Shown here piece by piece: positions 58,653 through 64,000 of a stretch of 64,000 nt of DNA. The stretch comes from a virus, in the IMG/VR virus record IMGVR_UViG_3300017766_002493, positions 1 through 64,000 of that record. One strand, written 5' to 3'. Each line of letters begins with the position of its first letter. Within the stretch, counting starts at the first letter, position 1. A model generated the notes under the pieces. The model saw only the letters and a program-made list of their open reading frames with translations, had not been told where the DNA came from and made no database searches. The translations under genes and the position numbers were made by a program.

Positions 58653-59666
58653 TTAAGGTTTTCTTATTCCTTCTATTGCTCCAGTTGTTGAATTATAATA
58701 TAAATAAGTAGATCCGTTTGAGGCACTTGCAAAAATAGTAGATTGTGCAAGAGCTCTAGTAGCAAATTCTGGTAAAGAATTATTACTAATAATAAATCTA
58801 TTACTTTGTGGATTAGAGTTTCCAGCATTATAACCTAATGCTATAACATTAGTTGCATGACTATTACCACCAGCAAGTTGACCTATAAATATAGAATTAC
58901 TAGAATTATATGCATTTTGTCCAGCTGAAAATCCTAAAAATATAGAATTATTAGCATTAGATGCATCTAATCCAGCATTTTCACCAATAAATGTAGAATT
59001 ACTAGAATTAGATGCACCAATTCCAGCATTTTTACCAATAAAATTATAATTACTACTATTGTTTGCTAAACCTCCCGCTAGCCATCCTATAGCATTACTA
59101 TATGTTGAATTTTCAGATCCAGTATTAAATCCTATATAATTACAATATATAGCATTACTTTTTTGGTAGCCAGCGGATGAACCTATAAAGTTAGAATTAC
59201 TAGAGTTAGTTGAATTTTGTCCCGCTTGAATACCTATAAAGTTAGAATTATTACAAGTACTAGATCCAAAACCTGCTTGGTGTCCTATAAAATTTGCATT
59301 ATATGTAGTTGTTGATGAATTAAAATTAGCACCAGCTACATAACCCATCATAATAGAGTTGGTTGCTGTATTATTATAACCAGCATCTTCACCAAAAATA
59401 ATAGAACGCCAAACACCATTAGTAGGTTTTGCTAAAGGAATTTTAGAATATAAAGTAGGTGCTGTTAGATCACCTGTTACTCCTATAGGACCAGCTACTT
59501 CACTAAGAGGTATAGCAAATGCTGGATAAGCATCATTAGCTGCTTTACTTTTTCTATTACCCGGTTGGTATACACCTACTTGTAGGTAACTATTATTAGG
59601 ATCAATCTCTGCAGAAGTTACTATTCTACCTTGAGTGATAAGTGTTTGTAAGATATAATTATCCAT
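58653..59666 (-). CDS. Beta-roll (YadA-head-like) repeat adhesin
   Basis: About a dozen ~17-aa NS.FIG..AG repeats. Confidence 0.7.
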   Translation of the reverse strand: MDNYILQTLITQGRIVTSAEIDPNNSYLQVGVYQPGNRKSKAANDAYPAFAIPLSEVAGPIGVTGDLTAPTLYSKIPLAKPTNGVWRSIIFGEDAGYNNTATNSIMMGYVAGANFNSSTTTYNANFIGHQAGFGSSTCNNSNFIGIQAGQNSTNSSNSNFIGSSAGYQKSNAIYCNYIGFNTGSENSTYSNAIGWLAGGLANNSSNYNFIGKNAGIGASNSSNSTFIGENAGLDASNANNSIFLGFSAGQNAYNSSNSIFIGQLAGGNSHATNVIALGYNAGNSNPQSNRFIISNNSLPEFATRALAQSTIFASASNGSTYLYYNSTTGAIEGIRKP

Positions 59667-59669
59667 AGC

Positions 59670-59792
59670 TTATTTGGATTTTTGTTTATCTCTTAATTCA
59701 TTTAACTTTTTTATAGCTATCTCTAATTTTTTTTTATCTTTAATAATTGAAGATAATCTAGTATCTAGTTTATTTTTTGCTTTATCTGTCAT
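59670..59792 (-). CDS. Possible 40-aa basic peptide
   Basis: Hand translation MTDKAKNKLDTRLSSIIKDKKKLEIAIKKLNELRDKQKSK; fills the gap. Confidence 0.4.
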   Translation of the reverse strand: MTDKAKNKLDTRLSSIIKDKKKLEIAIKKLNELRDKQKSK

Positions 59793-59806
59793 GACTATAA
59801 TTTTTA

Positions 59807-60208
59807 TTAGTTATACATTGTGATTTCTAAAGTACCTTGTGCTAAGAAAGGATTTCCTAATAAATCATTAATAAATACTCCGCTTTCACTTGTAAATATT
59901 ATTGCTGCATTAGGATCACCTAAAAATCCTAAAGGTATTGCTACAAAATTAACTTCATTTGCAGCAGTTGTATTAGCAAAAGTAATTTGTACTTTTTGAT
60001 CTTCTGTAAAAATAGGTTTATTTGCAACTACATAGTATTCACCATCTCCACTATACTCATATGTAAATGCTACACCAGTATCATTATACAACTCAGTAGC
60101 AACAGGTGCATCAGTCCCAGACTGTGATAATTGTGCTACATATTTTTTTACAATTTTCTCACTAGCTTTTTGCCAGTTAAAGATTTTGGGTAAATTAAAC
60201 TCTTTCAT
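59807..60208 (-). CDS. Small beta-rich structural protein
   Basis: KKYVAQLSQSGTDAP...LYND...GEY...LEITMY resembles a fibre C-terminal module. Confidence 0.5.
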   Translation of the reverse strand: MKEFNLPKIFNWQKASEKIVKKYVAQLSQSGTDAPVATELYNDTGVAFTYEYSGDGEYYVVANKPIFTEDQKVQITFANTTAANEVNFVAIPLGFLGDPNAAIIFTSESGVFINDLLGNPFLAQGTLEITMYN

Positions 60209-60225
60209 TGTTTTTATATTATTAA

Positions 60226-60972
60226 TTATATACTAAATTGTCTTACTGCGCGCACATAGATTGTGCTGTCCTTACTGCCGCTGCTGATATCCCCATTGGT
60301 AAAGCCGAAGCCCCACGCGCTGTCGTTGCCGCTCTCCGTACTACTCCAATAGTCACTAAATTCTAATTGAAAACCACCAGCAATTTCTAATCCTCTAGAT
60401 ACTTCTAACATATTACACCATAGTTTATTAAGTTCTTGTGCAGCAGGAAGATACCAATCATTTTTTCCACCATTGGTTGATGCTTCACATAAAAAAGCAG
60501 CACCAGATATAGCACCTGGTTGAGAAGTTATAATACTTTGATTTGAAGAACCATTCCATAAACTAGTAGCATTATTTGCAGTGTTATCAATATTACTCCA
60601 AACAGCTGGTCCTAAATTTTGCGTATCTACTACTAAATAATTTTGAGTATTACCTGTTAAATATCTATGGAATATAACTCCACCTTGTGCTGCAACATGT
60701 TGACCTATCTCATATTGAAATTGAGAAGAAGGTACAGCAACTAAAGGATCATCTATTGTACCAGTACCAGTAATAGTAACACCATCAGTAGTTACTTCTA
60801 TTAAGTCTTTTGCTTTGATAGCATAGATAGGGTACTTTGTAGATTTGAAACTATCAGTAGTATACTTATTAGTATACTTACCAATTATTAGATAATCTTC
60901 TTCTGGATCTACATTTGCAAGATCAAGGATTCTTCCTTGTGCTTTGAGTGCATCAAAATTTACTACATCCAT
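60226..60972 (-). CDS. DUF1566/C-type-lectin-fold receptor-binding protein, DGR target-like
   Basis: QGGVIF, GGKNDWYLPA.QEL, YWSSTE...AW...VRAVR.F motifs. Confidence 0.8.
   Translation of the reverse strand: MDVVNFDALKAQGRILDLANVDPEEDYLIIGKYTNKYTTDSFKSTKYPIYAIKAKDLIEVTTDGVTITGTGTIDDPLVAVPSSQFQYEIGQHVAAQGGVIFHRYLTGNTQNYLVVDTQNLGPAVWSNIDNTANNATSLWNGSSNQSIITSQPGAISGAAFLCEASTNGGKNDWYLPAAQELNKLWCNMLEVSRGLEIAGGFQLEFSDYWSSTESGNDSAWGFGFTNGDISSGSKDSTIYVRAVRQFSI
60243..60357 (-). other. DGR variable repeat (VR) signature
   Basis: Hand count gives 64/120 G+C for 60241-60360 in an AT-rich gene; variable positions are NNC/NNT codons as expected from AAC/AAT template codons. Confidence 0.75.
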
Positions 60973-61222
60973 GATTTATAAAAATAAGTGTTTATTACAA
61001 TATACAAAATAGTTCCTAAATATACAATAATAAAATCACAAAGACAAGAGCATATCCAACAATTCTTGCTGAGGAAACATATCCACGTTTAAGTACCATA
61101 GTATATATAATAAGATAAATATAAATAACACGGGTATAAAAGTAATAAATTATAATACCTATCCCATAGCGGTTTAGAAAAAAAATTTTTCCTGGAAATT
61201 TTTGTGAACTAGAGAGTGTGAT

Positions 61223-61287
61223 GGGGCGTCTATATTCGGCCCCCGCCACACTTCACCGGGGGGCCCTACCCCCGTCTTCGTGGTGGC
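61223..61287. other. GC-rich nested inverted repeats at the strand switch (candidate terminus/packaging/origin element)
   Basis: GGGGC/GCCCC, GCCAC/GTGGC and CGGGGG/CCCCCG pairs. Confidence 0.4.
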
Positions 61288-61472
61288 TTGGTTCCGATTT
61301 GCGGGAATAAAATAAAAAGAATTCTTATGATGGAGAAGTGTGATGGGTCAGTGTGTCTTGGTGTGACTTCGTCACGTGTTGTCTATGTGTTGCTTGTGTT
61401 CTACAAGTAGAACAAGCAACGAAGTATGTTTATATATAATATAGTATGTATGTGTATGTTGGAAAACAAGAT

Positions 61473-61485
61473 AACCCCTTTTTTT
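61473..61485 (+). promoter_or_regulatory. Early-region repeat motif AACCCCTTTTTTT (copy 1)
   Basis: Five intergenic copies in 2.3 kb. Confidence 0.6.
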
Positions 61486-61528
61486 ATCTGTTGTTATATT
61501 CGCGATATAATAACTAATTGTAGGTCTA

Positions 61529-61682
61529 ATTGAACCTTCGGTGCGTGAAGATACCAAATGCTTCACCCTTGCCATATGCTTGGCTCACGGTTGTTAGGAA
61601 CAAGACAACCTCACAATTCGGGTCGCAACTGTTGAAAAGACCTGAGCCGAGACCCTACACCTTGTGTGTAGGGCAGGTTAAT
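61529..61682 (+). ncRNA. Candidate multibranched structured ncRNA, family not recognised
   Basis: Seven nested, compatible helices found by eye (see findings); strand inferred from G-U pairs and the upstream motif. Confidence 0.55.
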
Positions 61683-61703
61683 ACAGTTTTTTATCAATTG
61701 ATT

Positions 61704-61716
61704 AACCCCTTTTTTT
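61704..61716 (+). promoter_or_regulatory. Early-region repeat motif (copy 2)
   Basis: AACCCCTTTTTTT then TAACCAATTAA before the ATG at 61745. Confidence 0.6.
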
Positions 61717-61744
61717 CTTTACTAACCAATTAATAATTATAACT

Positions 61745-61924
61745 ATGAAAAGAAAAGGTTTGGGCTTCTTGCAAATGCCTGTGATTGAGCACATTGATAA
61801 TGTTCAACCAAAGCAAACAGCACCTGTTAAACGAGTTAAGGAAAAACTTGTATACACAGGTAAGTTGAATCTTCGTGTTAATAGTAACGGGACCATTGAG
61901 TGTCTTGATCAATTACCTGATTAA
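61745..61924 (+). CDS. 59-aa early hypothetical protein
   Basis: Hand translation MKRKGLGFLQMPVIEHIDNVQPKQ...CLDQLPD; between motif and terminator. Confidence 0.6.
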   Translation: MKRKGLGFLQMPVIEHIDNVQPKQTAPVKRVKEKLVYTGKLNLRVNSNGTIECLDQLPD

Positions 61925-61937
61925 CAGATAATAAATT

Positions 61938-61963
61938 AGGGAACTCTTCGGGGTTCCCTTTTT
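61938..61963 (+). terminator. Intrinsic terminator
   Basis: AGGGAACTC-TTCG-GGGTTCCCT-TTTT with a UUCG tetraloop. Confidence 0.8.
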
Positions 61964-61974
61964 AATTTTTTATC

Positions 61975-62103
61975 ATGAAGATTATCAGAAGATACACAGC
62001 ATTTGATGGAACACAAATGGTTGTGTATGAAGATAATACAGGTTATCAGAACACTGTTCCACTTTATATCTATAATAAACTAATTAAAAACAAATCAAAA
62101 TGA
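61975..62103 (+). CDS. 42-aa early hypothetical protein
   Basis: Hand translation MKIIRRYTAFDGTQMVVYEDNTGYQNTVPLYIYNKLIKNKSK; ATGA overlap with the next gene. Confidence 0.5.
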   Translation: MKIIRRYTAFDGTQMVVYEDNTGYQNTVPLYIYNKLIKNKSK

Positions 62104-62315
62104 AAACAACAAAAGCAATCGCAGTTTGGTTTATTGCCTATATGGTAATATACCTTATCCTATCAGCAGTAGGATGTCTATTCTTTAAAGGTGATGGTCA
62201 ACACTTCGCCTATTCGGAGATAGCAGGAGACAGAGCATGGTTCATGGTATATTCTTTATTCATTGGCTGGTGGGCAGCTAGTGTAATATCTATGGATTAC
62301 TATGAGACAAAGTGA
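62100..62315 (+). CDS. Small two-TM membrane protein
   Basis: Two hydrophobic segments. Confidence 0.65.
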   Translation: MKTTKAIAVWFIAYMVIYLILSAVGCLFFKGDGQHFAYSEIAGDRAWFMVYSLFIGWWAASVISMDYYETK

Positions 62316-62325
62316 AATACCAATT

Positions 62326-62358
62326 AATATAACACACTGCAAGTCAGTGTGTTATATT
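62326..62358 (+). terminator. Long perfect hairpin (terminator or RNase III-type site)
   Basis: AATATAACACACTG-CAAGT-CAGTGTGTTATATT, 14-bp stem. Confidence 0.65.
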
Positions 62359-62382
62359 TGGTTTTTACTATCATCAACCACA

Positions 62383-62395
62383 AACCCCTTTTTTT
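62383..62395 (+). promoter_or_regulatory. Early-region repeat motif (copy 3)
   Basis: AACCCCTTTTTTT then TAATCAATTAA. Confidence 0.6.
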
Positions 62396-62422
62396 ATTAA
62401 TAATCAATTAAATTAAACAACC

Positions 62423-62845
62423 ATGAAAACAATCAATGAAATTGCTTTGGCAACAAAATTCCCACAAGAAACAATCCCTTCACTTATAGAGATTGTAAAT
62501 GCAACAGTAAATCCTACTGTAGCAATGGAAACATTATTAGGTATTTACACGGAACCTACCATTAGTCAAGTTAAAACAGATACAGATAAACTTTTATTCT
62601 TTATTAGTTATAACAAATGGGATGACCGTGTTTCATATTACTATAATGATTATGATTCTAAGCATATTTATGTTAGCAAGGATACTGATTCAAACCTTAT
62701 CAATGAAGATAATTATAAGGACTTTGAGGTTAAGTATAGTTCTAACAATTGCTACGGATTCCGTGTAAAACTATCTACTATGAAAAGATATGAAGGATAT
62801 GAATCTCTTGAATCTTGGAATAGAAGACCTGATGCAGAAGTGTAA
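62423..62845 (+). CDS. Early hypothetical protein
   Basis: 140-aa ORF between motif and terminator. Confidence 0.7.
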   Translation: MKTINEIALATKFPQETIPSLIEIVNATVNPTVAMETLLGIYTEPTISQVKTDTDKLLFFISYNKWDDRVSYYYNDYDSKHIYVSKDTDSNLINEDNYKDFEVKYSSNNCYGFRVKLSTMKRYEGYESLESWNRRPDAEV

Positions 62846-62855
62846 ATGCTTAATT

Positions 62856-62881
62856 AAGGGGAAGAGAAATCTTCCCTTTTT
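62856..62881 (+). terminator. Intrinsic terminator
   Basis: GGGAAGA-GAAA-TCTTCCC-TTTTT. Confidence 0.8.
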
Positions 62882-62902
62882 AACTTATTTAAAACAATTA
62901 AT

Positions 62903-62916
62903 AACCCCTTTTTTTT
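62903..62916 (+). promoter_or_regulatory. Early-region repeat motif (copy 4)
   Basis: AACCCCTTTTTTTT then TAACCAATTAA. Confidence 0.6.
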
Positions 62917-62943
62917 ACTATAACCAATTAAAAACAAATAACT

Positions 62944-63315
62944 ATGGAAACAATTTTGTGCAACACAACAGCGAAAAATTTAAAAGCAATTGCTTTTGGC
63001 AGCCACGGTAGCATCGGTAATCAAAGAACCTTAAAATGCCGCTATCCTTACAGCGTAGCATTAGACATCTTAAACGGGCTATCTAATGATGACTTGAAAA
63101 AGATTTCTATTGCTGAGGGCAAAACTACTACACAGGGAACAAGAATGATTTATTTAGCAATCATTGAAACCTTTGATAATAGTATTTGGCGATTCTTTGA
63201 AAATGCTAGAAGAAATGCATATGCTAATGAGCTTCGCAAACAAGCAGATAATATGATTACTCATGGAACTAAGAAGAATCATATAGATCTTATTATCTAC
63301 AATTCTAATTATTAA
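62944..63315 (+). CDS. Early hypothetical protein
   Basis: 123-aa ORF between motif and hairpin. Confidence 0.7.
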   Translation: METILCNTTAKNLKAIAFGSHGSIGNQRTLKCRYPYSVALDILNGLSNDDLKKISIAEGKTTTQGTRMIYLAIIETFDNSIWRFFENARRNAYANELRKQADNMITHGTKKNHIDLIIYNSNY

Positions 63316-63317
63316 CT

Positions 63318-63341
63318 AAGGGGGCAGCAATGCTCCCTTTT
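63318..63341 (+). terminator. Probable intrinsic terminator
   Basis: AAGGGGGCA-GCAA-TGCTCCCTTTT. Confidence 0.65.
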
Positions 63342-63353
63342 AAAATCTTAACA

Positions 63354-63554
63354 ATGACAACAACACTAACACCGGAGAAAGAAATCAAGGTTGCTTATAT
63401 CAAGGATATAGACGACCTGGTAAAAAGATTATATGATAGGCACTTGATAACCAAAGAGTTTGATGAATTCTATGATTCAAGTTGTATGGATTTACATACT
63501 ACAAGAGACCTATTATATAGAGAATTGTTTAACAAAATTAATATTACACTATGA
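63354..63554 (+). CDS. Early hypothetical protein
   Basis: Start moved to the ATG at 63354 because the track start lies inside the hairpin. Confidence 0.6.
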   Translation: MTTTLTPEKEIKVAYIKDIDDLVKRLYDRHLITKEFDEFYDSSCMDLHTTRDLLYRELFNKINITL

Positions 63555-63703
63555 AAACAATCAAAGCGAGAAAAGAAATCTTATTTGTAATAGCATACTT
63601 TGCTTTAATGACAGCAGTGGCTTTACTATCATCCTCTTGTACAACTGCAACACACACAGCGAGTTTTAGAGTAGATGCTTGTCCTACTTGGGCGAAGAGA
63701 TAA
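63551..63703 (+). CDS. Small putative lipoprotein (50 aa)
   Basis: Hand translation MKTIKARKEILFVIAYFALMTAVALLSSSCTTATHTASFRVDACPTWAKR; basic N-region, hydrophobic core, LSSSC lipobox-like site; ATGA overlap. Confidence 0.6.
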   Translation: MKTIKARKEILFVIAYFALMTAVALLSSSCTTATHTASFRVDACPTWAKR

Positions 63704-63710
63704 TCGTGTT

Positions 63711-63746
63711 GAAAACAAGGTGCTAATCACACCTTGTTTTCTTTTT
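63711..63746 (+). terminator. Intrinsic terminator
   Basis: GAAAACAAGGTG...CACCTTGTTTTC-TTTTT. Confidence 0.75.
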
Positions 63747-63768
63747 ATTATTTTTTCAATTATTTAAT

Positions 63769-63781
63769 AACCCCTTTTTTT
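63769..63781 (+). promoter_or_regulatory. Early-region repeat motif (copy 5)
   Basis: AACCCCTTTTTTT then TAACCAATTAA. Confidence 0.6.
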
Positions 63782-63812
63782 AACAATATTAACCAATTAA
63801 TTTTTATTTATT

Positions 63813-64000
63813 ATGAAAGCAACATTCAGAAACGAGACAAAAACAAAAGCAGGACAAATCCAGTACATCTATAATGTGCTTGATGCAACACCCGAAGAAA
63901 TCGCGTTGTTAAAAGAGATTAAAGGAGAATATTATCGTGATGATAAAGTAACAGGTCAACCACTGATCTATACTTTCTTCTATCAAGGTAAAAATACTAC
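63813..64000 (+). CDS. Early hypothetical protein, truncated by the window edge
   Basis: MKATFRNETKTKAGQIQYIYNVLDATPEEIALLKEIKGEYYR... open to the end. Confidence 0.6.
   Translation, partial: MKATFRNETKTKAGQIQYIYNVLDATPEEIALLKEIKGEYYRDDKVTGQPLIYTFFYQGKNT

Noticed and set aside
61529-61682. The structured region as the DGR template repeat
   Set aside because: No similarity to the VR and no AAC-rich tract
61016-61912. Track ORFs 61016-61249, 61372-61575, 61530-61733 and 61730-61912
   Set aside because: Atypical composition; they overlap structured non-coding elements or are antisense to the better ORF at 61745-61924
61473-63781. AACCCCTTTTTTT copies as terminators or CRISPR repeats
   Set aside because: No matching GGGG stem upstream, irregular spacing, and whole genes lie between copies
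1-64000. Stop-codon reassignment as in some crAss-like phages
   Set aside because: Long genes are intact and tightly packed under the standard code; TAG ends genes at 46324 and 47190

Overview
AT-rich segment of a large crAss-like (Crassvirales-type, podovirus-like) phage, probably infecting Bacteroidota. Host evidence: A-rich leaders without Shine-Dalgarno sites and TAnnTTTG-like promoter boxes. The standard genetic code fits. Positions 1-60972 are one minus-strand late/virion region. In transcription order it holds modular fibre/adhesin genes, a lysis cassette, nuclease/IHF/wHTH genes, terminase, portal, scaffold-like protein, major capsid protein, basic micro-proteins, Cys-rich appendage proteins, tail ring/muzzle proteins and large cargo proteins, ending in a >1570-codon zincin-containing ORF cut by the left edge. 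After a GC-rich structured switch region (about 61.0-61.7 kb), small plus-strand early-type genes begin, organised by a repeated AACCCCTTTTTTT motif and hairpins. Highlights: (1) a tandem-PAS protein with a holin-like two-helix tail, inserted between a putative endolysin and a holin, suggesting signal-sensing lysis control; (2) a DUF1566/C-lectin-like gene with a clear DGR variable-region signature but no RT/TR seen in the window; (3) a ~155-nt multibranched candidate ncRNA at the start of the early region; (4) a recurrent [YFM]xxGG motif in cargo proteins; (5) shared N-terminal anchor peptides on different fibre proteins. All family assignments come from motif recognition and synteny, not database searches.
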